Assembly: GCA_029855935.1 (NCBI GenBank)
Contig: JAGSHN010000012.1
Span: 208,869-272,868 of the forward strand
Length of the DNA stretch: 64,000 nt
Origin: Candidatus Thorarchaeota archaeon
Lineage (GTDB): Archaea > Asgardarchaeota > Thorarchaeia > Thorarchaeales > Thorarchaeaceae
Reading direction: 5' to 3'
Below are positions 29,133 to 37,446 of this stretch, in pieces; position 1 is the stretch's first letter, and each line of letters opens with the position of its first letter. Below the pieces are notes generated by a model. The model was not told the origin of the DNA, searched no databases, and saw nothing but the letters and a program-made list of their open reading frames with translations. The position numbers and the translations under genes are program-made.

Positions 29133-30953
29133 TTGATTCACAATACGTTCCTTGTACGAGAGTCGACGAAGGAGGTCTTGGCTCACACTAGGTACTGGCC
29201 GGTTGAGGTCGATGAGAAGGACCTTGAGGAGTTCATCCAGACACGCGCCGAGCTGATGAGTGCCGACGAGGAGATAGAGGAGATTCCTCTGATTCTTGGC
29301 GACCACAAGTTTCACGGCTGGCCCTGCGGTGATGACCTGCTCTTGGTGTTCGTCACCGACACGCGGGAGGACGAGCACGCAATATTCGAGCGAATGGAGA
29401 AGGCCGCCAAGTCGCTGAAGAACAGCATCAAGAAGCTGGGACTAGAGGAGACAATTGAGAAGTATGAGAAGATCATTGAGCCATCGGTCATCACCCGGCT
29501 GAAGATTGCACTGGTTGGCGAGGGTGGTGTGGGCAAGACGACAACTCTCCATCTGCTGTTGGGCGACACTCCTCCTACGCAGTACGTGCCGACAATTGCG
29601 CTCAATCTTGAGACTGTGGAGAACATCCGCTTTGGCAACTACTCACTCGTGCTCTGGGACTTTGCCGGCCAGGAGCGGTTCAGAAACCTCTGGAGGTTCT
29701 ATTTCCACGGCGCTGACGTGATCTTTCTCGTATGTGACTCTACCCTCAGGAACGTGCTGATAAGCAAGGACATACTGAAGCTCATCAAGCGTGACGCACC
29801 CAAGGTCCCAGTGTTTGCGCTTGCCAACAAACAGGACCTCCCGAACGCGATGAAGCCCGAGGTCATCCAGAAGATACTTGGCATACCGACCTATCCCATG
29901 GTCGCAATTGACAAGGAACGTCGGGATGAGATGCTACGTATTCTGATGAACGCAGCAGCCCAGTACGTCGGTGTGGCTCTTCCGGACCTGCCAACATCGG
30001 AGCTTCTCAAGTTCAGCGAGGAGGCTGCCGAGCAGGCCGCGGCGACGCCAAGCCTACGGGCAAGTTCAAAGGGAGCAGCAGTGGCGGCCGAAACGGGGGC
30101 GATTGACTCCGGAGCAGAAGATGAGGAAGAGGACTTTGGCGACATCGAGGTCGACGACCTTGAGACAATCGAGATAGTGGAAGAGGTACTCGTGGACGAG
30201 GAGGGCCACGTAATCGACGAGCTCTCCGATGAATACGAGGTTGTCGAGGAGGTTGTTGAGGAGGTCGACGAGGGAGTCTCCGTGTCAGAAGGGCAGGAAC
30301 CCGTTTCTATCGCATCAGCCGAGGAGACAAGCATGTCCGAAGAAGAGGGTGGGGTGGCCAGCAGCCGCGAGATTGCAAAGGCCATCATATCCGAGAGGTT
30401 GGACGCGGACGAGATCATAGAGGAGGAGCTAGAGCAGGCTCCGGATGATGCCCTGCAGAGCGCCCTTGAGGCCCTGTCCTCAGACGAGGTCCCTGCTAAC
30501 CACAGTGAGATGCCACCCCCTGTTGTGAGAGAGGAGGAGAAAGAGGAGCTGACGAAGATTCTTGGGCTTCTTGATGACAAGGCCCCAAGCTCTGAGGAAG
30601 AGGACGAACTCGCGCCCACCTCAGTTAGACCCGATGAGATTGAGGACTTCACCCGTGTTCTGGAATCACCCCCTGAGGCTGGCAAGGAGGAATCAGCGCC
30701 CAGTGAGGAGGAGGCCGAGTCTGTCTCTGCTGGTGAGGACAATGTTGGGGGACCGGAGTCCGCCTCTGCTCGTGAAGGTGATGTGGAGCTGGAGGAGTCG
30801 GCCCCTGCCGGTAATGAAGATGTGGACGAGGCCGAGTCTACTCCTTCCGGCCACGTAGATGTCGAACAAGAGGAGACTGCCCCTGCTGGTACCAAGGAGG
30901 CGACAGAGGACGACACAGACGACTACTACGACTATTTCGTTGATGATTGGTAG
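29133..30953 (+). CDS. multidomain small GTPase: N-terminal roadblock/longin-like domain + Ras/Arf-like GTPase + ~300-aa acidic disordered tail
   Basis: GTPase core IALVGEGGVGKTT (G1), PTI (switch I), WDFAGQERF (G3), ANKQDL (G4). ~120-aa N-terminal alpha/beta domain. The C-terminal region is extremely D/E-rich (…EEVVEEVDEG…) and ends DDYYDYFVDDW. Confidence 0.75.
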   Translation: MIHNTFLVRESTKEVLAHTRYWPVEVDEKDLEEFIQTRAELMSADEEIEEIPLILGDHKFHGWPCGDDLLLVFVTDTREDEHAIFERMEKAAKSLKNSIKKLGLEETIEKYEKIIEPSVITRLKIALVGEGGVGKTTTLHLLLGDTPPTQYVPTIALNLETVENIRFGNYSLVLWDFAGQERFRNLWRFYFHGADVIFLVCDSTLRNVLISKDILKLIKRDAPKVPVFALANKQDLPNAMKPEVIQKILGIPTYPMVAIDKERRDEMLRILMNAAAQYVGVALPDLPTSELLKFSEEAAEQAAATPSLRASSKGAAVAAETGAIDSGAEDEEEDFGDIEVDDLETIEIVEEVLVDEEGHVIDELSDEYEVVEEVVEEVDEGVSVSEGQEPVSIASAEETSMSEEEGGVASSREIAKAIISERLDADEIIEEELEQAPDDALQSALEALSSDEVPANHSEMPPPVVREEEKEELTKILGLLDDKAPSSEEEDELAPTSVRPDEIEDFTRVLESPPEAGKEESAPSEEEAESVSAGEDNVGGPESASAREGDVELEESAPAGNEDVDEAESTPSGHVDVEQEETAPAGTKEATEDDTDDYYDYFVDDW

Positions 30954-31420
30954 GAGGTACCTACAGTCACCATCCCTCACCTCTGGGATTCAATACATTT
31001 CGCAACACTGATTTGTCACACGGTCACGTAGTTGTATCGGCGTTGTCGGTGAAGATTGCAGATGTGGAGCCAGGCAAGAATGTGGATGATCTCTTGGTAC
31101 GTGTCATCTCTGTGGCTCCTCCGAGGGTCGTGAGCACGCGCACGGGTAGAAAGACACAACTGACAGAGGTTCTCGTCGGCGATGAGACTGGCACTGCTGT
31201 TCTGGTTCTTTGGGGCTTCGGAGGCGCATCCGCCCTACACGCGGGCAAGGTGATTCGGATAGTCGATGGATGGGCCAAGGAATGGCAGGGCAAGGTGCAG
31301 CTATCTCTTGGTCGTTCTGGCCGCTTTGAGGAGGTTCCCGACGACGGCTCCCTACCGGAGATAACCGAATTGCTCAATAGGCGCAACGCGGGGGAGAATA
31401 CTACCGAATCCCGCGGGTGA
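30947..31420 (+). CDS. OB-fold protein (RPA-like single-stranded nucleic-acid binding)
   Basis: …DLLVRVISVAPPRVVSTRTGRKTQLTEVLVGDETGTAVLVLWGF… has the pattern of an RPA-type OB fold. 7-nt overlap with the upstream gene. Start uncertain. Confidence 0.4.
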   Translation: MVGGTYSHHPSPLGFNTFRNTDLSHGHVVVSALSVKIADVEPGKNVDDLLVRVISVAPPRVVSTRTGRKTQLTEVLVGDETGTAVLVLWGFGGASALHAGKVIRIVDGWAKEWQGKVQLSLGRSGRFEEVPDDGSLPEITELLNRRNAGENTTESRG

Positions 31421-31430
31421 ACCTCTCAAG

Positions 31431-31928
31431 ATGGTACAAGCATATCTATCAGGTCCCATCATCCACGACCATCTTCGCCAAGACGACTTCTATCGAGTAG
31501 TTGTCGACACGCTGGAGAACGCTGGGGTGACAGTCTTTGCCCCCCAGTTTCTTCCGAGAACCACTCCCAGGAAGATCTTCATCCGGGACACAGGCGCCGT
31601 GCGTCAGAGTGACGTTCTCATCGCTGAGGTGAGCCATCCCTCACACGGTGTTGGGATGGAGATCATGCTTGCGGTAGAGATGATGATTCCTGTACTGTTG
31701 TTCCGCATGTCCGATGCACCGCCTCTATCGTACATGGTTCAGGGAGCCAGCTGTACTGCTCTGTTTAACTATGACGGGCTTGAGGAGGTTCGCCGGATAC
31801 TGTCGGATCTGTCGTTCGACTCGCTTCTCGTCCGCGACTGTCCGTATTGTTCGTCTCACGTCGTGGAGGTGTCTGAGAACGGAGCGAGGTGCATCGTCTG
31901 CGGGTCTGACATCACGATTGGGGACTGA
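31431..31928 (+). CDS. nucleoside 2-deoxyribosyltransferase-like Rossmann protein fused to C-terminal zinc ribbon
   Basis: N-terminal YLSGPI…, …DVLIAEVSHPSHGVGMEI… (NDT-like fold). C-terminal CPYCSSH…CIVCGS is a four-Cys ribbon. Confidence 0.45.
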   Translation: MVQAYLSGPIIHDHLRQDDFYRVVVDTLENAGVTVFAPQFLPRTTPRKIFIRDTGAVRQSDVLIAEVSHPSHGVGMEIMLAVEMMIPVLLFRMSDAPPLSYMVQGASCTALFNYDGLEEVRRILSDLSFDSLLVRDCPYCSSHVVEVSENGARCIVCGSDITIGD

Positions 31929-31933
31929 TACGA

Positions 31934-32881
31934 TTGAGCGACTTGAGCGATGGCAATGGGGTGATCACCCCACGGGTGGTACTGCTCCTCATTCTGTCGG
32001 TCTCTATGGTATCCAGTGCCAGTATCCTGATCCGACTCAGTACGTCCCCCCCTCTGGTGATAGTATTCTGGCGCACATTCTTGGGCGCTGTGTTGATGGC
32101 ATCGGTGGGACTGCTGAGGAGCGATCATCTTGGGTACGACAGGGCCGTCCTGAGTAGAAACTGGCGATGGCTTGTTGTGGTCGGAGTCATTCTCTGTCTT
32201 CACTTCTCAACGTGGTTCACATCTCTCTTTCTGACAACAGTTGCTGCCAGCGTGGTACTCGTCAATACATCTCCCATTCTCACCGGGGTCCTCTCGACGA
32301 TGCTGCTCGGAGAGCCCCTTGGTCGCCGTTCTTGGGCAGGCATTGTAGTTGCGGTTCTTGGCTCTGTACTGTTGGCCTGGGGTGACCTTGTTGCCTCGGG
32401 CCTTGGGGCTCTGACTGGTGACATCTTGGCTATGCTGAGTGCGCTGTTCCTGGCTGCCTACTTTATTGGGGGCCGCCGTTTCGCCTCCGACCTCCCTATT
32501 ACCGTATACACTACGATAGTCTATCTCACCGCCGCCTGTGCGACACTTGTCCTCTGCTTGCTCTCGGGGCTAGACGTCATAGTCACTGCACCGACTGAGA
32601 TACTCATCTTCGTCTGTCTCGCCGTGTTCCCGACCGCTCTCGGGCACTCTGTCAACAACTATCTTCTCACACTTGTGCCAGCCTACGTTGTCTCCTCAGC
32701 TGTTCTTGGTGAGCCAGTGGGGGCCAGCCTATTGGCAGTAGTGTTCCTCCAAGAGGTGCCCTCTGCCGTGACAGTGTTGGGGTTCGTCATCATTCTGTGC
32801 GGGGTCGCTATGGTGCTTGTGGACCTTGCGGCCCGCGAACGCGTGTCGGTGCTACCCCTTGATGACCCCAATCGGCCGTAG
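31934..32881 (+). CDS. EamA/DMT-family transporter
   Basis: 10 predicted TM helices in two 5-TM halves. Typical EamA composition. Confidence 0.75.
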   Translation: MSDLSDGNGVITPRVVLLLILSVSMVSSASILIRLSTSPPLVIVFWRTFLGAVLMASVGLLRSDHLGYDRAVLSRNWRWLVVVGVILCLHFSTWFTSLFLTTVAASVVLVNTSPILTGVLSTMLLGEPLGRRSWAGIVVAVLGSVLLAWGDLVASGLGALTGDILAMLSALFLAAYFIGGRRFASDLPITVYTTIVYLTAACATLVLCLLSGLDVIVTAPTEILIFVCLAVFPTALGHSVNNYLLTLVPAYVVSSAVLGEPVGASLLAVVFLQEVPSAVTVLGFVIILCGVAMVLVDLAARERVSVLPLDDPNRP

Positions 32882-34318
32882 GCGAACCACCTTTGTCGCT
32901 ATTCCTACGGTGTCCGAGACTCTGACGACCTCGTCGACATCCTTGTAGGCGCCGGGTGCCTCTTCTGCAATCCCAATTGCTTTTGGCGACTTGACAATTA
33001 TGCCCTCACGAGCAAGCTGTCTCTGGATCTCGCGGCCGTGGAACTTCGACACAGCCTTTCGTCTGGACATGAAGCGCCCCGCACCATGAGCTGTGGAGCC
33101 AAACGAGAGCTCCATACTTCTCTGGTTCCCCACGAGAATGTATGATGCTGTTCCCATCGTACCGGGGATTATCACGGGCTGTCCGATGCTCTTGTACTTG
33201 GGCGGAGTCTCTGGATGACCTGGGGGGAAGGCCCTAGTAGCGCCCTTCCTGTGCACAAGCACCTTTCTTCTCTTGCCATCGATGCCGTGCTCCTCTACCT
33301 TGCCGATGTTGTGGGCCACGTCATAGATCAGGTGCATGTCGAGGTCCTCTGGCGATGCGCCAAACACCCTGCCAAAGACCTCGCGTGTCCAGTGCATCAT
33401 GGCCTGCCTGTTGGCCCACGCAAAGTTGGCTGCAGCACTCATTGCGCCAAGGTAGGCCTGCCCCTCATCAGAGGTGACCGGGGCGCTGCAGAGCTCTCTG
33501 TCCGGGACGTGTACGTTGTACTTGCGCATAGCTTGCGTCATCAGCTTGATGTAGTCGCTACAGACCTGGTGGCCAAGTCCTCTCGAACCACTGTGTATCA
33601 TCACAGTGACCTGCCCGACGTGAGTGATGCCCATCGCCTTGGCCGTCTTCTCATCGTAGATCTCGTCCACCATCTGGACCTCAAGGAAGTGATTTCCGGA
33701 CCCAAGAGTGCCGACCTGACCCTTACCTCGCGCCTTTGCCTGTGACGATACCTTGGAGGCGTCTGCGATAGTGAGGTGACCCCCAGCCTCTGTGTGCTCT
33801 AGGTCCTCCTCCCAGCCGTAGCCGCTATCAACAGCCCATCTGGCACCACCGTTGAGCACCTCATCAACACCGCTTGCCCCGTGCAGCATTATCTTGCCTG
33901 TGCGGCCAACGCCTGTGGGCACATCCTTGAATAGCTGGTCTATCAGTTCTCTTATCCGTGGTCTGACATCCGATTCGTCAAGGTTCGTCCTCAGGACTCT
34001 CACACCGCAGTTGATGTCGTATCCGACACCACCGGGCGATATCACACCAGTCTCGTAATCAGTGGCCGCGACCCCACCAATGGGGAATCCGTAGCCCTGA
34101 TGACCATCTGGAAGGATTATACTTCTCTTGTAGATGCCGGGGAGACAGGCGACGTTGATGCCCTGCTCAAAGGTTGCATCCTGTCGCATCTTATTCATCA
34201 AGGCCTCCGAGGCATAGATGGTCACAGGAACCTTCATACATTGTTTTTCTCCCTTCGGAATCTCGTAGACGTTCTCGGCCACCTTTCTGATGTTCATCTC
34301 TCTGTCACTCCCAGCCAA
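32852..34318 (-). CDS. rtcB: RNA-splicing ligase RtcB
   Basis: …DINCGVR…, …GSGNHF…, …HSGSRGLG…, …HNIGK… blocks throughout. 488 aa with no intein. TTG start. Confidence 0.9.
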   Translation of the reverse strand: MAGSDREMNIRKVAENVYEIPKGEKQCMKVPVTIYASEALMNKMRQDATFEQGINVACLPGIYKRSIILPDGHQGYGFPIGGVAATDYETGVISPGGVGYDINCGVRVLRTNLDESDVRPRIRELIDQLFKDVPTGVGRTGKIMLHGASGVDEVLNGGARWAVDSGYGWEEDLEHTEAGGHLTIADASKVSSQAKARGKGQVGTLGSGNHFLEVQMVDEIYDEKTAKAMGITHVGQVTVMIHSGSRGLGHQVCSDYIKLMTQAMRKYNVHVPDRELCSAPVTSDEGQAYLGAMSAAANFAWANRQAMMHWTREVFGRVFGASPEDLDMHLIYDVAHNIGKVEEHGIDGKRRKVLVHRKGATRAFPPGHPETPPKYKSIGQPVIIPGTMGTASYILVGNQRSMELSFGSTAHGAGRFMSRRKAVSKFHGREIQRQLAREGIIVKSPKAIGIAEEAPGAYKDVDEVVRVSDTVGIATKVVRLRPIGVIKG

Positions 34319-34427
34319 GATTGCGTCTTCTTAATCGGCAATTGCTATAAGGCTTGTGACATCTCCCCTTTTCGTCTTCCGTATGAAGACCTGACCGCCC
34401 GAGAACTTGTAGGAGGTTGATAGCCAA

Positions 34428-35462
34428 GTGCCGAACGTCAGACTGACAGCACTTGTGACATCCCACGGCTGAAGCTGCAAGGTCCGGCAGGATGATCTCA
34501 CACGACTGCTCCAGCAGGCGGGGCTGCTACCAGAGGGCTCTGTGTGTCACGGTGGTATCGGTGACGATGCCGTGGTCAGGATCGTCAGTGACTCTCTCGC
34601 TGTCGTCGAGAATGTGGATGTCTTCACTCCGATTCATGACGATCCCTTTGTGCAGGGGCAGATAGTGGCCTGCAACGCCACCAATGACATCTTTGCGATG
34701 GGCGTCACCGATGTCCTGTCCCTTCAGGCGTTCCTCGCCCTTCCTAAGGACCTCCCTGAGGAGATCTCCGTGGGCGTACTTCGTGGCATGAGTGCCTTCG
34801 TGAGCGATCTTGGCGCGGAGGTGACAGGTGGTCAGACCATAACCAATCCGTGCCCTGTGTTTGGTGGCATCTGTCTTGGCATTGCTCAACCTGAGGAGAT
34901 TGTGTACTCCTCGGGTGCAAGGCCTGGTGACGTAGTCCTGCTGACCAAGCCCCTCGGCATCCAGCCAGCAATGAGGTCATATCGGGACCTGAAGGATCCA
35001 GAGAAGCGTTCTCCCCTTCTCGAGAGATTCTCTGAGAAGGACCTGCTGAGGATGCAAGACATCGCCGTGCGTGTGATGACGGGCAGCAACCTTCAGGTCG
35101 CGAAGGTGATGAGGGCGGTCGGTGTTGACGCGGCCACTGACATCACAGGCTTTGGCCTACTAGGTCACGCCAACAACGTGGCCGTACTCAGTGGTGTCGA
35201 CATAGTCATCGACGCAATGCCAGTGATTGCGGGCACGCTGGAGCTGGCCAGTTTCTATGGTCATCGGCTCGCGAGCGGCCACGGTGCCGAGACCGCAGGT
35301 GGAATGCTTGTCTGCGTCCCCGCGGATCGGGCGGAGCAGTTCACCAAACAGCTTGGTACGGAGGGACTTCCGTGCTGGACCGTGGGCAGGGTCTTGGCCT
35401 CCGACTCGCCCCGTGCGTATCTCGCAGAGGGCGTGCAGTACATCGAAACCGAGTTCCCGTGA
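34428..35462 (+). CDS. selD: selenophosphate synthetase SelD, selenocysteine-containing (in-frame TGA at 34470-34472)
   Basis: Body matches SelD/PurM-like (DDAVVRI…VDVFTPIHDDPFVQGQIVACNATNDIFAMG…). Reading upstream in frame from the tracked GTG (34542) gives VPNVRLTALVTSHG-TGA-SCKVRQDDLTRLL…, which is the SelD N-terminal (Sec/Cys)-x-C-K motif. GTG 34428 is preceded by GGAGG at 34412-34416. Confidence 0.75.
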
Positions 35463-35465
35463 GGG

Positions 35466-35518
35466 CGTCCGAAACCCGCAGGGCTGTGGCGCCTGAGGAG
35501 TTCCGCCGCAAGCGGACG
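35466..35518 (+). promoter_or_regulatory. candidate SECIS-like stem-loop in selD 3'UTR
   Basis: A 6-bp stem CGUCCG(35466-71)/CGGACG(35513-18) encloses an AAA bulge immediately 3' of the 5' arm and a GC-rich ~40-nt interior (…GGCGCC…). The fold was not computed. Confidence 0.2.
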
Positions 35519-35641
35519 GTTTCCTCCCCCTGACTCTGCATCAGTCTCCTCTTGGATGGATAGATTCAACGGCAAATCATTTAACACCCAGAAGTGTACG
35601 GGTTTCCAGAAAGGAACGAGCTCAGATTCAGGTGCAGTCAA

Positions 35642-36343
35642 ATGAAGATTGTAGTCACGGGGCCCCGGGCGTCGGGCAAGAGTCGTCTGATACATAACAT
35701 AACGAATGGTGCTTGCATTAACATTGAGCGTGGTGGGGTCACCATTGCTATGGATCACGGTGTGGCCGATGTTGATGGAATGACGGTCTTTCTCTTCGGT
35801 ACTCCTGGACTCCTTCGTTTCCGGACGATGCGCAAGATTCTGAGCTCAGGTGCTGACGGTATCATCTTTGTTGTGGACTCCAGCGATGCAGAGGCGGATG
35901 CACGTGCCAAGCTCTTCTTCAGGGAGATTGCGTTCTTTCTCCCTGGTGTTCCGTGCGTTGTTGCGGCAAACAAGCAGGATCTTGAGAACGCCCGATCTGT
36001 CGACAAGGTCCGAGAGAGTATGAAATTCCTCGCGGGGGTCCCGGTCATCCCGTGCTCTGCAGAGACGGGGCTCAACGTCGACAGCATGCTGCGCACCCTC
36101 CTGTATCTCACTATGATGCAGTGGAGTTCGGTCTTCGCCAAGTTCGCCGAGTACAGCGGCCGCAGTGATGGAATGAAGCGTCTGATGCAAGACCTCAAGA
36201 TGGAGCGTGAGCAGGTCGTCGGCTATCTTCGCAGGTTCGAGCTCCGCAAGATCCTCGATGTGAGCCTTGGCGACGAGCAGTTCACTGTTCGGGAGCCCGT
36301 GAAACCGATACTTGAGAATCCAGCACTCCTCATTCGTCGCTAG
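35642..36343 (+). CDS. MglA/Arf-like small GTPase with C-terminal extension
   Basis: G1 VTGPRASGKS, G3 variant FGTPG (TxPG as in MglA), G4 ANKQDL, G5 CSAETG. ~80-aa C-terminal helical/wH-like extension. Start chosen at MKIVVTG. Confidence 0.7.
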   Translation: MKIVVTGPRASGKSRLIHNITNGACINIERGGVTIAMDHGVADVDGMTVFLFGTPGLLRFRTMRKILSSGADGIIFVVDSSDAEADARAKLFFREIAFFLPGVPCVVAANKQDLENARSVDKVRESMKFLAGVPVIPCSAETGLNVDSMLRTLLYLTMMQWSSVFAKFAEYSGRSDGMKRLMQDLKMEREQVVGYLRRFELRKILDVSLGDEQFTVREPVKPILENPALLIRR

Positions 36344-36467
36344 GCGTGCTTGGCCTGTAGTTGTAGAAAGAATCAAAAGATGGCGTCGGGGCAACCTTCT
36401 CATAGCACCGGATGTGGCAGCAGTGGAAGAGAGCGAAGATGTAGTAGACCCAGCTGATCTCCTTGAG

Positions 36468-37280
36468 ATGGCAGCAGAGGCCAAGAACAAGGGTGACAGT
36501 CACGCCGCTGCACGCCTGTTCAATACTGCAGGAAACATCTACATGTCCGTTGGCGAATACGAGGACGCTCTGGAGGCCTTCCAGAGGGCCCTGCAGCTTT
36601 TCCGTGAGGTCAACGATGAGGCTAGCGTGGGCGACGCTCTCTACAATCTCGGTGCCGCGCAGATGAATCTTGAGAAATGGGAGGAGGCTGCCAAGTCCTG
36701 CGAAGAGGCGGTCAAGATATTCAAGCGGATATCGAATGACGCAGGATCGGCCGATGCGACATACGTCCTCGCCCTTGTGAAGAAGGGGATGGGTCAGTTT
36801 GAGGAGGCATTGGGCCTCTTCAAGAAGGTCCAGCGGGCTTACAAGGCTTTGGGAAACGACCAGGGCGTGGCTACGGTTCTGATGGACATAGGCAGTGCCT
36901 ACGCAGACAGAGAGGACTGGGTCAATGCTGAGAAGTTCTTCAAGAAGGCACTGAAGATATACCAAGAGCTCGAGGATGCTGCGGGAATTGGTGATGCATA
37001 CTCCCTACTCGGTGACATTGCTGAGGTGAACAACAATCAGAAGAAGGCGGCTGAGATGTTTGTAGAGGCCGCCGAGAGCTATCTCAAGGCCGAGCTGTTT
37101 GACGTGGCCCGTGAGGCTGTGGAGCGTGCAGAGGGCAAGCTCTGGGACATTCCGAAGTCCACCCGTCGGAGACTGAGGCGTCGCATCGATGACATAATTG
37201 ATGCTCTTCCCGAGGAGACCTCGACGGAGGAGGATGACACAGATCTCGACGATGACCTTCTCGACCTTGGTCTTGAGTGA
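36468..37280 (+). CDS. TPR-repeat protein
   Basis: ≥6 TPR-like 34-aa repeats (…AGNIYMSVGEYEDALEAFQRALQLF…, …LGAAQMNLEKWEEAAKSCEEAVKIF…). Acidic C-terminus EEDDTDLDDDLLDLGLE. Start uncertain (the ORF opens at 36312, overlapping the GTPase gene). Confidence 0.6.
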   Translation: MAAEAKNKGDSHAAARLFNTAGNIYMSVGEYEDALEAFQRALQLFREVNDEASVGDALYNLGAAQMNLEKWEEAAKSCEEAVKIFKRISNDAGSADATYVLALVKKGMGQFEEALGLFKKVQRAYKALGNDQGVATVLMDIGSAYADREDWVNAEKFFKKALKIYQELEDAAGIGDAYSLLGDIAEVNNNQKKAAEMFVEAAESYLKAELFDVAREAVERAEGKLWDIPKSTRRRLRRRIDDIIDALPEETSTEEDDTDLDDDLLDLGLE

Positions 37281-37446
37281 CTCGCCAAGAGTCGGTCAGC
37301 TGGTCTTCAGTCACGGGCCTATGGTGAGGTGTACGGCCGAACCCTGAAACATCGGTGTGTGTGGTCGGAGTGGGTCGGGTGCTCAAGAAAACTCTATTTG
37401 AGTTGGCCGACCATTACGTCCTGCTATCGCCAGGAGTGTACGTCAA

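Noticed and set aside
29891-30916. 341-aa Ser-rich ORF on minus strand
   Set aside because: Reverse complement of the GAG/GAA-rich acidic-tail coding region of the GTPase fusion gene. Shadow ORF.
30100-30950. Apparent repetitive DNA (GAG/GAA/GAC-rich)
   Set aside because: Codon-level low complexity encoding a poly-acidic protein tail in frame with the GTPase. No spacer/repeat periodicity, so not a CRISPR array or tandem DNA repeat.
34542-35462. Tracked ORF for SelD starting at GTG 34542
   Set aside because: This start would delete the essential N-terminal catalytic motif. The in-frame upstream extension through TGA (Sec) restores a canonical SelD N-terminus, so the longer Sec-containing model is preferred.
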